This document shows, piece by piece, positions 28,165-37,789 of a DNA stretch of 43,211 bases. The notes beneath the pieces are model-generated. The model saw only the letters and a list, made by a program, of their open reading frames with translations. It was not told where the DNA came from and searched no databases. The translations under genes and the position numbers were made by a program. This DNA comes from a virus (Duplodnaviria; Caudoviricetes): the IMG/VR virus record IMGVR_UViG_3300048858_000123, positions 1 through 43,211 of that record; one strand, given 5' to 3'. The number at the start of each line of letters is the position of its first letter. The first letter of the stretch is position 1.

Positions 28165-28260
28165 TCAACCCTAGCCCCTGAGCTTCGCCCGCTTCGGCGG
28201 GCCTCCATGTCGGCCGATCATCAGGGTGGTCGGCCGGCACCCCTCCCTGAAGGATGAGCC

Positions 28261-28668
28261 ATGCTAAATATCAAGACCAAGGCTGTTGACGAGACTGGCA
28301 CCGTCGAGCTGAACGATGTTGACGAAGAGGCGCTGTTCGATGAGCAGGGCAACCGCTGCTCCATCACTGCTTTCAGCCCCGGCACTCGGGAGTATGCCGA
28401 AGCGGACGCTGAACGTCAGAACCGCATCACCACGCTGATGATGACCCGTCCCGGCAAGGCGAAAATCTCGGCGGAAGAGCGCCGGCAGATCGACGCGCAG
28501 TTCTACTCGCGCATCACCAAGAGCTTCAACCACTGGGAATACGACCCTTTGCTGTCCGGCCAGGACCAGTTCAAGGCGGCGTACCTCGATAACTCGATCG
28601 GCTTCATCAAGGAGCAGTTCGCCCAGTGGTTGGGCGACTGGGGAAACTTCAAGAAGAAGTCGGCCTAG
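28261..28668 (+). CDS. Tail assembly chaperone (G-like)
   Basis: Follows the tube gene; ends at slippery site G-GGA-AAC (DWGNF). Confidence 0.8.
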   Translation: MLNIKTKAVDETGTVELNDVDEEALFDEQGNRCSITAFSPGTREYAEADAERQNRITTLMMTRPGKAKISAEERRQIDAQFYSRITKSFNHWEYDPLLSGQDQFKAAYLDNSIGFIKEQFAQWLGDWGNFKKKSA

Positions 28669-29141
28669 AGCTGGAAGCGTACGTTCGGCAGGTCGCGTGG
28701 CTCAATGCGGTTCCGCGACGCCGGACGGAAAGCGTGTCTGAAGGCGGCAGCGACTCACGCAGCCGCTTGCAGCAGGCCCGTGACGCTGGTGAAGAGCCCG
28801 CCCTGCCCTACTGCTCGGCTCGGTTCCTATCGGATTACCTCTTCGAGATCGGACCTATCAAAGCGGTCGGGATGGGCACCGGCCCGATCGACTGGCAGGA
28901 CATTGAGGCTTGGCAGCGCTGCACTGCGATCACTCTGCCGCCGTGGCAGGCCCGATTGCTGCGCAGCCTGTCTCGCTCCTACCTGGCGATGTCGCGCGAG
29001 GCGGAAGAACCTGATTGCCGCTCGCCCATGGAAGATGAAGTAACCAAGCGCGAGCGCGAGGCTGTCTCGCAGAAGCTGCGTGCAATGCGCGCAGGGGCGA
29101 ACATCAAGCGGGTGAAGCGTAGCTCGCTCGCGGCTCAATAG
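28641..29141 (+). CDS. Tail assembly chaperone -1 frameshift extension (GT-like)
   Basis: GGGAAAC at 28641-28647 opens the -1 frame ORF to 29141 (PIDWQDIEAW motif), which has no good start of its own. Confidence 0.75.
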   Translation, partial: GKLQEEVGLELEAYVRQVAWLNAVPRRRTESVSEGGSDSRSRLQQARDAGEEPALPYCSARFLSDYLFEIGPIKAVGMGTGPIDWQDIEAWQRCTAITLPPWQARLLRSLSRSYLAMSREAEEPDCRSPMEDEVTKREREAVSQKLRAMRAGANIKRVKRSSLAAQ

Positions 29142-29153
29142 ATGGAGGACAGA

Positions 29154-29315
29154 ATGGAAGTGTTCACCCCTGAGCAGGAATATCGGCTGCGCGAGATTCT
29201 GCGAGAAGAAATTGCCGCCGCGCTCAAGTCTCACGACCAAACCGAAGGCGGTGCTGCGGCTCTGATGAGGAGCGTTATTGCTCCGGCTTCTGGCCTTTTA
29301 TCGGTACGGGGTTGA
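29154..29315 (+). CDS. Possible 53-aa protein (not in the ORF track)
   Basis: RBS GGAGG; MEVFTPEQEYRLREILREEIAAAL. Confidence 0.4.
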   Translation: MEVFTPEQEYRLREILREEIAAALKSHDQTEGGAAALMRSVIAPASGLLSVRG

Positions 29316-29487
29316 AGTGTTCAAGATCGTCGATTTTCTGAAACATTAGGTAGTTCTCGTACAGCCCAGTCACGTACTGTGAGACATCTTTATGCGAGAC
29401 AGAGGTCGTAAACGAAGGTGCGGCCGCACAGTGAGCGGCGGCAAGCTGGGCGGCGACGATTGCCATCGTTTCTTCTGAAAGTGCCAT
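29275..29487 (-). CDS. Moron-like hypothetical protein
   Basis: Opposite to the tail operon, lower GC; start MALSEET at 29487. Confidence 0.55.
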   Translation of the reverse strand: MALSEETMAIVAAQLAAAHCAAAPSFTTSVSHKDVSQYVTGLYENYLMFQKIDDLEHFNPVPIKGQKPEQ

Positions 29488-29558
29488 ACTCGAATCCCCT
29501 GCTGATTTAAACAATCGCAGGAAGCCCGATGCCGGCCGGGAGTCAATCTCGGTCGGCG

Positions 29559-29747
29559 TCATCCGTTACAGGCGCAGCCCTTGCCCTTCTTGCATGGCTT
29601 GTCGCGACTGATGCAGCTATCACCGCAGGCCTTACCCGCCTTGCAAACCTTGCAGCAGCCCTGAGCGAATGCAGTCCCACACAGCGGCTCCGCGCCACCG
29701 ACTGTGCCGGCAAGTAGAAGCGCGGCCGCGAAGAAGATCGATTTCAT
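29559..29747 (-). CDS. Secreted cysteine-rich cationic peptide (moron)
   Basis: Signal peptide MKSIFFAAALLLAG...AFA, then 34 aa with 8 Cys (CCKVCKAGKACGDSCISRDKPCKKGKGCAC); G-rich RBS. Confidence 0.72.
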   Translation of the reverse strand: MKSIFFAAALLLAGTVGGAEPLCGTAFAQGCCKVCKAGKACGDSCISRDKPCKKGKGCACNG

Positions 29748-29829
29748 AGAACCCCCCGATTCGATGCGGTTAGGGTATCCTGTTCATCAAGGACTCGCCA
29801 AGCCAGCTAGCTGGGCTTAGGCTGCGGGT

Positions 29830-30078
29830 ATGTGGTATCTATTCGCATGTATCGCCACGCCAACGAGCGTGTCTTGCATTCCGCCGGTGGCCGTTGAATC
29901 GGAGGCGGTCTGTCGGGACCTAGCTGCTCGCTGGGAAGGTACGGCTACCGTGACACATGACCGTGCTAACGCGCGGACGCAATGCGCTTCGGTCGGCAGT
30001 CAGGTGCCTGGTGCGAGCCCTGCTCCATCAGCGCCGTCAGCAGATCTAAACTTGGGCGTTCCTCGCATCCGCAGGTAA
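29830..30078 (+). CDS. Small Cys-containing hypothetical protein (moron)
   Basis: 4 Cys, hydrophobic N-terminus, followed by its own terminator. Confidence 0.45.
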   Translation: MWYLFACIATPTSVSCIPPVAVESEAVCRDLAARWEGTATVTHDRANARTQCASVGSQVPGASPAPSAPSADLNLGVPRIRR

Positions 30079-30109
30079 TCCCCCTCACCTCAAGCACGAG
30101 CTTGCAGAC

Positions 30110-30139
30110 AAAGAGCGGTCCTAACGGGCCGCTTTTTTC
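30110..30139 (+). terminator. Intrinsic terminator before the tape measure gene
   Basis: AGCGGTCC-TAAC-GGGCCGCT followed by a T run. Confidence 0.75.
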
Positions 30140-30155
30140 GTTTCAGGAGAAGCCC

Positions 30156-33100
30156 ATGGGTCAGCCAGTTGCCTCTCTTGAAATCCAGCTGGTGAGCGAC
30201 ATCGCGCGTCTGCAGCGTGACATGAAGGATGCTCAGCGCGCCATAGATGGCATGAGCAATGCAGGCACAACCAGCGCCGGGCGCCTGGGCGGTGCGTTTA
30301 GGGCTGCAAACGACAACATCGCAGGGGTCAGCAGAGGAGCGGCTATCGCGCAGAGCGCGCTTAGTGCGCTGTCCCAAGTGGTGGCGACCATCGGGCTAGG
30401 CGCGATCGCTGGCCAGATCGTGCAGACGAACGCGGAGTTTCAGAGCCTCACAGCTAGCTTGAAGATCGCCACCGGCTCGATGGAGGGCGCGGGCAAAGCG
30501 ATGGAGATGCTGAAGACCTTTGCGGCCGAGACGCCATACGGTCTTCAGCAGTCCGTAGAGGCCTTCATCAAGCTGAAGAACCTTGGCCTGACGCCGAGCA
30601 TCGAAGCCATGCGCGCCTACGGCAACACAGCATCCAGCATGGGTAAGGATCTCATGCAGATGGTCGAGGCGGTTGCCGACGCCACCACGGGCGAGTTCGA
30701 GCGTCTGAAGGAGTTCGGCATTAAAGCCAGTGCCGAGGGCGACAAGGTGAAATTCACCTTCGCAGGGGTCTCAACCACGGTGGCCAACACCAGCGCCGAG
30801 ATCGAGAAGTATCTCCAGAACCTGGGCAACACCAAGTTCGCTGGCGCGATGGCCGAGCAGATGAAGACGCTCAACGGCCAGTGGGCTGGATTGATGGACA
30901 ATCTGGACGCGCTCTATGTCGCAATCGGGCAGCTTGGGGCGAACAATGCCCTGACCGGCATGATGGCCGGCGCCGCGGATGCGATCAAGTTCGTGGGCGA
31001 CAATCTCGACACCATCGTGACCTTGCTCGGCACGGCGGCGGTTGCTTACGGCACCTACACCGCGGCTGTCGTCATCGGCACGGCGGCCACGGCAGCAATG
31101 TCGGGCGTGACTGGCATTTGGATTGGCACGATCGCCACTGCGTACACGCAGCTAGGCTTGCTCGCCGCCGCAGAGGTTGCGGTTGTCTCGACTACCGCCG
31201 GCCTGTCTGCCGCCTTTGGCACGCTCACCACGATCATGCTTGCCAACCCAGCGGTATGGCTTGCCGGTGCTGTCACCGCTCTCGCCCTCACCTTTAAAAT
31301 GATGAGCGACGCGGGGGCCGCTGCAGAGGAACGTCTACGGGCTAATGCGGCCGCAGCGAAAGAGCTTGGGATCACGCTCACTTCGGCCGGTGAGGCAGCG
31401 CTTCGAGCTTCGGGGGAGACCGCCAGTGTCGGCTCGTCAGCTGCTAGTTCAACTCCTCAGATCTGGAGCTTCAAAAACGCCTCTGATAATCTGACCGAAT
31501 CTCTGTGGGCGCAAGCAAAGGCAGCGCGCGCCGCCCGCGTTGAAATGCTCCAGCAGACGATAGCTAAGGCCAAGGCCCGGGCTGACGAGGCGAAGGACCT
31601 CACCGCCGGCGGGCCCCAAGCAACGTTCACGCAAGGTAATCAGGCGTTGCTTCAGGGCGATCTGCTGAAAAGCGGGCCGCTGCTTTGGAAGGGCTTGGCA
31701 GACCGCTGGAAGCAGGTCCTCAGCAACGGCCGTGTGACGCGGGAAGCTGCACGTGACTACGCCGACTCCACCAAGGTACTCGCGGCAGCAGAGAGGCAGC
31801 TGAAGGAGGCGATGTCTACGCCTCTCGGCAAGTCCGATATCCCGGCAGCGATGGCTCGTGTGACTACGGCTCGCGAGGGCGCCGCTCGCGCAGCGCAAAA
31901 GCTGGGCGGCGTGGAGCGTGGCCACCAGAAGGATTTGGCGAATACGGCCGAGCAGCTCGTGAAACTCCGCCTCCAAATCATGGCGACATCCCAAGCGATG
32001 GAAACTTCGCTGGGTAAGTCGTTGCTGCCTGACCTGATCGCCGAGGATCAAAGGCAGTGGGATGACTTCAACCGCCGCGTGCGTGGCGGAGTTGAGGACG
32101 CTGGGGTGGCCACGGCTGACTGGAACGCAGAACTGCGCGATACCGTTCGCCTGCTCGATAGCATTGGTAAGGGCGGGCAGGCACTTGGCGATATAGCCGC
32201 CGCAATTGTGGGCCTCACCAGCGGCGACTTCAGCGGGTCGCGAGGTCCGCTCAGTGGCCTACTGCAGACGATAGGCGACATCTCGTGGCGCGAAAGTTCT
32301 GACGACGGCCGCGGGCAGATCCGCATCTTGCGCGAAGAGATCGTTGGCGCACTCGACAAGGTGTTCGGCGGCAACGGAAGCTTCGCCCAGACCATGACCG
32401 GCGTTTTGCAGGGGGCGGGCACCGGCGCGGCAGTCGGCGGCATCCTCGGCGGCGGCAAGACCTCACAGCTTGGCAGCCAACTCGGCGGCGCGATTGGTCA
32501 GGCAGTCGGCACGAAGCTGCTCAGCTCGTTGGGCGCTGCGGCCGGCCCTGTCGGCGCAATCGGCGGCGCTATCCTTGGCTCTATCGGCGGCGACCTGCTC
32601 AAGGGCATCCTCAGCCCGAACCGCTCAGCCAGCGCCAACATCACCGGCGCGAACAGCGTCAACGTCAACGGCAAGGACCGAGCTCAGTACGGCGCCGCCA
32701 ACGATCTCGCAGGCAGCGTCACCTCTGGTCTCAAGCAGATCGCCGACGCCTTCGGTGCCCAGCTTGGAGCCTTCCAGGTCGCAATCGGCACCCGCGGCGA
32801 CGAGATCCGCGTCAACACTGGCGGCACGAGCCTCAAGACCGGTGCAGGCGCGAAGGGTTTCGGCGAGGACGCAGAGGCAGCCGCCCGCTACGCCATCCTG
32901 GACGCGATCAACGACGGCGCGCTCAAGGGCATGCGCGAGGGCTCGCTGAACCTGCTCAAGGCCGGAGACGACCTGGACGCGGCACTGCAGAAGGCCACCA
33001 GCTTCGAGAACGTATTCGCCGAACTGCGCAACGCCAGCGACCCAACCGGCGCCGCGCTCGAGCAGTTGGACAAGCAGTTCGCCCAATTACGCACGATCTT

Positions 33101-34262
33101 CGAGGAAGCCGGTGCCAGCGCTGCTGAGTACGCCGATCTGGAGCGTTTGCTGTCGATCCGCCGCGAGGAGGTGCTGTCGAAGGAGCGCGATGCCTTGGAT
33201 GACGTTCGCAGCCGGATTGCCGAGGCTCTGGGCGACGATGAGACGGTGCGGGCGATCGAGCGCCAACGTGAGCTGAAGGACGCGATGTCCGACACCGTTC
33301 GTGTTGAGCTTGAGCGGCTGTACGCGATCGAGAACATGACGCGCGGTCAGGAAGAGTCCGCCGCAGCCGCCCAAGCCGCAGCCGACGCGCAGCAGGAACT
33401 TGCGGACGCTCAGAAGGCGGCGGCCGAAGCTGCACAGGCCGAGGCCGACCGCCTCGCCAACAGCCTTGGCGATCTGCAAATCCGCCTCGCTCGTGCGCAG
33501 GGCAACGATGCGCTGGCCGAGCAGCTTGAGCAGGCGCGGGAGCTTTCTGCCGCACGGACCCAGGAAGAGAAGGACTACCTCAACCTCATCTATGCGGTTG
33601 ATCGCGCCATGGCCGCCCAGCAAGCCGCCGCTGACGCGCAGTCCAAGATCGTCGACGCCCAGTCTCAGGCAAACGATGGCTTTGTCGCCATGGCCGGCTT
33701 CATCGCCGACATGACCAACCAGATGCGCCAAGCCTCCGCAGGCCTGCGCGAGTTCGCGAACGAGCTATTCGGCAAGAACACCGTCGGCGACACGGATGCG
33801 ATGCGCCGCCAGGTTCTCTCGACGATGGAGATGGCCGGGATGGGTGACCAGGCCGCGATCGCAAAGCTGCCGGACCTCATCAACTCGTACCTGCCCAACG
33901 CCATGAAGGCCGCCGGCTCGATGAACGACTACCTGCGCGAGGTAGCTCTGTTCGCCCAGGGCAGCCGTGACGTGGCTGACGTGAACGATGCGCGGGCCGA
34001 CTACAGCGCGACGGTGCTGTCATCCTGGGCGCGGGACGGCTCTGGTCTGGACATGCGTACCCCGGCGGTGGCCGGTGCCATGGCCGAGCAGTTGGCTGCG
34101 ATCAAGGACGCGGTTGCCGACCTGAAGGATACGATCAAGGCTGCGGACGAGAACAACGTGCAAGGCCACCAGCGGGTGATCGCCAACACAGGCAAGGCAG
34201 CCGACACGCTTGATCAGGTTTCGAATGGCGGCTTCGCGGTGATGATGGAGCCTGTCACGTGA
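30156..34262 (+). CDS. Tail tape measure protein
   Basis: About 1368 aa, Ala-rich helical; tape-measure motif FAAETPYGLQQSVEAF...EAVADATTGEFERLKEFGI; RBS AGGAG before ATG 30156. Confidence 0.92.
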   Translation: MGQPVASLEIQLVSDIARLQRDMKDAQRAIDGMSNAGTTSAGRLGGAFRAANDNIAGVSRGAAIAQSALSALSQVVATIGLGAIAGQIVQTNAEFQSLTASLKIATGSMEGAGKAMEMLKTFAAETPYGLQQSVEAFIKLKNLGLTPSIEAMRAYGNTASSMGKDLMQMVEAVADATTGEFERLKEFGIKASAEGDKVKFTFAGVSTTVANTSAEIEKYLQNLGNTKFAGAMAEQMKTLNGQWAGLMDNLDALYVAIGQLGANNALTGMMAGAADAIKFVGDNLDTIVTLLGTAAVAYGTYTAAVVIGTAATAAMSGVTGIWIGTIATAYTQLGLLAAAEVAVVSTTAGLSAAFGTLTTIMLANPAVWLAGAVTALALTFKMMSDAGAAAEERLRANAAAAKELGITLTSAGEAALRASGETASVGSSAASSTPQIWSFKNASDNLTESLWAQAKAARAARVEMLQQTIAKAKARADEAKDLTAGGPQATFTQGNQALLQGDLLKSGPLLWKGLADRWKQVLSNGRVTREAARDYADSTKVLAAAERQLKEAMSTPLGKSDIPAAMARVTTAREGAARAAQKLGGVERGHQKDLANTAEQLVKLRLQIMATSQAMETSLGKSLLPDLIAEDQRQWDDFNRRVRGGVEDAGVATADWNAELRDTVRLLDSIGKGGQALGDIAAAIVGLTSGDFSGSRGPLSGLLQTIGDISWRESSDDGRGQIRILREEIVGALDKVFGGNGSFAQTMTGVLQGAGTGAAVGGILGGGKTSQLGSQLGGAIGQAVGTKLLSSLGAAAGPVGAIGGAILGSIGGDLLKGILSPNRSASANITGANSVNVNGKDRAQYGAANDLAGSVTSGLKQIADAFGAQLGAFQVAIGTRGDEIRVNTGGTSLKTGAGAKGFGEDAEAAARYAILDAINDGALKGMREGSLNLLKAGDDLDAALQKATSFENVFAELRNASDPTGAALEQLDKQFAQLRTIFEEAGASAAEYADLERLLSIRREEVLSKERDALDDVRSRIAEALGDDETVRAIERQRELKDAMSDTVRVELERLYAIENMTRGQEESAAAAQAAADAQQELADAQKAAAEAAQAEADRLANSLGDLQIRLARAQGNDALAEQLEQARELSAARTQEEKDYLNLIYAVDRAMAAQQAAADAQSKIVDAQSQANDGFVAMAGFIADMTNQMRQASAGLREFANELFGKNTVGDTDAMRRQVLSTMEMAGMGDQAAIAKLPDLINSYLPNAMKAAGSMNDYLREVALFAQGSRDVADVNDARADYSATVLSSWARDGSGLDMRTPAVAGAMAEQLAAIKDAVADLKDTIKAADENNVQGHQRVIANTGKAADTLDQVSNGGFAVMMEPVT

Positions 34263-35152
34263 GCGATGTGATACGCCCCTTCACCGTTGGTACCGGCGCG
34301 TTAATATCCACGAATGTCACCGAGACCGTGGCGGCTTGGTCCCCCGGCGTGAACTATGGCGTCGTCCAAACGGTCAACCGCGCAAACCGCATCTACATGA
34401 GCTTGCTGAGCGACAACCTGGGGAAAGACCCGGCCAGCAACCCCTTTGACGAAGATGACAATCCCTACTGGAAGGACATAGGCCCGAACAACGCTTGGTC
34501 GATGTTCGACAATGCCAACCGCACTCGTTCAACCCGTGATGGGGACATCGAGGTCGTGCTTCAGACGACCGGCTATGTCGACCGCATCGCCCTGTTCAAT
34601 CTGCAGGCAAGCTCTGCTCGCGTGGTTGCGCGCAAGAACGGGACCGTCGTGTATGACCGCCAGATCTCGCTTCTGAACAACAACGTGGTGGATAGCTGGG
34701 GCACATACTTCTTCGAGCCCGTGGTGCTTCGCCGTAAAGTGATCTTCCGCGATATCCCGCTCATCGGAAGCTTGCGCTTCACCGTGACAGTCAGCGGCGG
34801 TTCGGTCGGGGTAGGGTCGCTCATTCCAGGTCGCTCAAGGTTTATCGGAGAGGCCGAGTACGGCGCGAACCTGCGTATCAAGGACTACTCGCGGGCCGAC
34901 TTTGACGAGTTCGGGAACTACGACCCTAAGCAGCGGCCAAGCTCTCAGGGCGGCGCCTTCGATCTCTATATCGATAGCTCCAAGACAGAGGCTGTGACCG
35001 ATCTGCTCACCGAGCTGCGCACCGTGCCTCTCGTATGGGACATGACGCCCGAGCCGCGCGGGCTGCTCTTCGGCAAACTGAACTCTTTTGTGCCGACTTG
35101 GAGCTATCCGACCATCGACAAATGCTCACTCGATATTGAGGGCCTTACATGA
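34259..35152 (+). CDS. Tail tip (distal tail-like) protein
   Basis: Coupled to the tape measure gene; beta-rich; IKDYSRADFDEFGN motif. Confidence 0.65.
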   Translation: MSDVIRPFTVGTGALISTNVTETVAAWSPGVNYGVVQTVNRANRIYMSLLSDNLGKDPASNPFDEDDNPYWKDIGPNNAWSMFDNANRTRSTRDGDIEVVLQTTGYVDRIALFNLQASSARVVARKNGTVVYDRQISLLNNNVVDSWGTYFFEPVVLRRKVIFRDIPLIGSLRFTVTVSGGSVGVGSLIPGRSRFIGEAEYGANLRIKDYSRADFDEFGNYDPKQRPSSQGGAFDLYIDSSKTEAVTDLLTELRTVPLVWDMTPEPRGLLFGKLNSFVPTWSYPTIDKCSLDIEGLT

Positions 35153-35976
35153 CCGTTCGCCAAATCACGCCGTTCTCAGCGGTCCCGCTGCGTAGCCAGG
35201 TGGCAAGCGCCGACGAATACGAGGGTAAGCTAGAGCACTTCTTGGATGTAGACCTGACAGGCTTGTCTCAGGAGCTTGCCGAGGCGGTTCCGCAGATGAA
35301 TGCCGACTTCGCCCGCGTGGCGCAGATCCAGGTCGACAACGGCCTGCCCGACACAATCGGCACCTCGGCCACATCGAACGCCATCAGCCTGGGCGTAAAG
35401 ACCTTCGCCACGCAGCCGAACAAGCTATACTGGGTGGGGCAGGCGCTTGTAATTCGAGCCACCGCAGCGCCTGCCAACCGCATAATCTGCGGCGTGTCCT
35501 CCTACGACACCGCCACCGGCGCTCTGCAAGTGAACCCGATCGTCCTTGAGGGGGCCGGCACTTTTACCAGTTGGGAGATTGTGCCGGCGAGCGGCGTCAT
35601 CCCGCTGCTGAGGCCTTGGGTGCAGATCGGTCCGACTGTGAACGTGGCAGGGACGGCACAGTGGACGTTTCAGCCTCTGCCCACCGGCTACAGCGATATC
35701 CTGTTCGACATCAATGTGACCCATCCATCGAGCAATCTTTCAGCGCAAGTGCTGAGCTCTGGCGCTTACGTAAGCATCGGGCGACTGGATGGTGGGTCAA
35801 CGGACGTGCCGTCAACAGAGGTCGCCATGCAGTTCGTGAACTACAACGCGCCTAGATCGCAGTTGATTTCAATCCGTGGCGTTTTCCCGAGTGTCGGCCA
35901 GATACAGGGCGTCAGTTTCGCCGTTGCGAACGGCCAAGCCGCCACCGCCGGCACCATCAAGCTGTACATGAGGTAA
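35149..35976 (+). CDS. Tail fibre/receptor-binding-like protein
   Basis: GTSATSNAISLGVKTFAT...VSSYDTATGALQV..G.GTFTSW module; followed by a fibre-assembly-like gene. Confidence 0.6.
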   Translation: MTVRQITPFSAVPLRSQVASADEYEGKLEHFLDVDLTGLSQELAEAVPQMNADFARVAQIQVDNGLPDTIGTSATSNAISLGVKTFATQPNKLYWVGQALVIRATAAPANRIICGVSSYDTATGALQVNPIVLEGAGTFTSWEIVPASGVIPLLRPWVQIGPTVNVAGTAQWTFQPLPTGYSDILFDINVTHPSSNLSAQVLSSGAYVSIGRLDGGSTDVPSTEVAMQFVNYNAPRSQLISIRGVFPSVGQIQGVSFAVANGQAATAGTIKLYMR

Positions 35977-35979
35977 GCC

Positions 35980-36426
35980 ATGCCAACCGAGATCATCATG
36001 AACCCGGTGACGGGTGAGGTTACCGAGGCGCAGTTTCAGCCTTCAGAGCCGCCCCTCGACACGCTCAGGTTCGCAAAGTGGGACCAGGTCAAAGCGCAGC
36101 GTGATGCCTGCATAGATGCCGGCACGCTGATCCCCGGCGTTGGCCCATTCGACAGCAACCTGACGAGCCGCATCAACATCACAGGCGCGGTCCAGATGGC
36201 CACCATCGCACAAGCGAACGGCCTGCCTTTCGAGATCTCGTGGACGTTGGCCGACAACAGCGTTCAGGTGCTCGACGCGGCGACGATGATCGCGGCCGGC
36301 GTGGGCATCGGGCAGCACGTCTCTGCCTGCCATGCCCGCGCTCAGGTGCTGCGTAGCGAGATCGAGGCGGCTGCTGACAAGGCTGCTCTCGACGCGATCG
36401 ACACCGCTGAGGGCTGGCCCGCCTAA
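35980..36426 (+). CDS. DUF4376-like tail fibre-associated protein
   Basis: FDSNLTSRINI...ISWTLADNSVQVLDA...ALDAI...W. Confidence 0.72.
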   Translation: MPTEIIMNPVTGEVTEAQFQPSEPPLDTLRFAKWDQVKAQRDACIDAGTLIPGVGPFDSNLTSRINITGAVQMATIAQANGLPFEISWTLADNSVQVLDAATMIAAGVGIGQHVSACHARAQVLRSEIEAAADKAALDAIDTAEGWPA

Positions 36427-36517
36427 CACCTCTCCCGACTACCGAACCCCACCACCCTGACCGCACGCGGCTTCGGGGCAATCCTGCTGTCTGACGTCCA
36501 GAAAGGACCATCGAGCA

Positions 36518-37789
36518 ATGCCATATCGTAACCGCCAAGCCCGTGCCCGTGCTGCGTTCATCGCGAAGGGAGGCACCCCTACGCCGAGCCCGACGCCTAC
36601 CCTGCGTATCGCGACCACCAACAACGAGATCGACCGCGTTGCCGGCAGCGCGGCTACGAGTGCAAACCTCAAGCAGGTCTGCCGCAAGCGCAAGTTCATC
36701 GGTTCGGCGGATGCATCGTCGCTGGTGATCAGCGTCAGCTCGTTCCTAGTCACCTCTCCTTCGCCGACGTTGGAGACCGCTGGCCCCGCCTACATCGCGC
36801 GCGCCGATCTAGAGATCAACGGCGTCTGTGTTCCGGCAACCTGGGACGGAGGCGCTACCAGCAAGGTCATCGCGGCCGGGGCTTCTGATATCCAGGCCGA
36901 CCCGTTCACCCCTTCGCAGTTCGGCCTTACGTCCTTCCCCGCAGGCGCAGAGCTGTGGGTCAAGCTTGAGCGCGAATACGCTGTTGGCGATCTACCGACA
37001 TACCAGGGGCTTAGCGCCTATTCGATGCCGATTGCGGGCGAGAGCACACTGCGCGCGGCCACTGGCACGGCAAGCAAGATCGGCGCGGCCGGCGCTATGG
37101 TGACGGGTTCCGGATGGGCCAGTACCGCTGCGCATTACGGGCCGGTCCTGCTGGGCGTTTCGACGTGCCCTGCAATCGGCATCATCGGGGCGAGCATCGA
37201 GTATTCCACCAACGACGCCGATGGCTCTGGCTTGGAGGGCACCGGCGGATATCTGCGCCGCGCCCTGATGACCGGGACCAAGCTTGCCTTCATGAATATG
37301 GCGAAGGGCAGCGACGGTGCCTACAACTTCGTCGCAGGCTTCGCGAGGCGTCAAGCCTACTTCAAGTATTTCACCCGCGCTCTTGAAGCGTACGGCGGCA
37401 ACGACTTCACCGACAACAGAACTGCCGCGCAGCTCATTGCCGACAAGAAGACCATCTCGGCCGCGCTCAAAGCTGCGGGGGTGCCTAAGTCCTATCAGAT
37501 CCGGCTCTACCCGAAGTCGGACGGCACGTGGGACACGCTGGCGAACCAGACAGTTCGCACGAACATCGGTGGAGTGGGCTTTGTTGCCTACCGAACCTCC
37601 GTAGACGCGGGGATGGCCGGCGATCCGAACACGACTGGCATGCTCGACGTGACACCTGCCGTCGAGTCCCAGACCGAGCCGGGCAAGTGGCAGGTGCCGG
37701 GCAAGACGATCGACGGCACACACCCTGAGCCCGCTGCGCATGGCGACATGGCCGTGCTGGTCCGCCCCCTCATCAACGCGGTGTTGTGA
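36518..37789 (+). CDS. SGNH/GDSL esterase-domain protein with N-terminal beta domain
   Basis: Block I IIGASIE, block III YGGND, block V DGTHP; Pro/Thr linker near the N-terminus; RBS AAGGA. Confidence 0.75.
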   Translation: MPYRNRQARARAAFIAKGGTPTPSPTPTLRIATTNNEIDRVAGSAATSANLKQVCRKRKFIGSADASSLVISVSSFLVTSPSPTLETAGPAYIARADLEINGVCVPATWDGGATSKVIAAGASDIQADPFTPSQFGLTSFPAGAELWVKLEREYAVGDLPTYQGLSAYSMPIAGESTLRAATGTASKIGAAGAMVTGSGWASTAAHYGPVLLGVSTCPAIGIIGASIEYSTNDADGSGLEGTGGYLRRALMTGTKLAFMNMAKGSDGAYNFVAGFARRQAYFKYFTRALEAYGGNDFTDNRTAAQLIADKKTISAALKAAGVPKSYQIRLYPKSDGTWDTLANQTVRTNIGGVGFVAYRTSVDAGMAGDPNTTGMLDVTPAVESQTEPGKWQVPGKTIDGTHPEPAAHGDMAVLVRPLINAVL

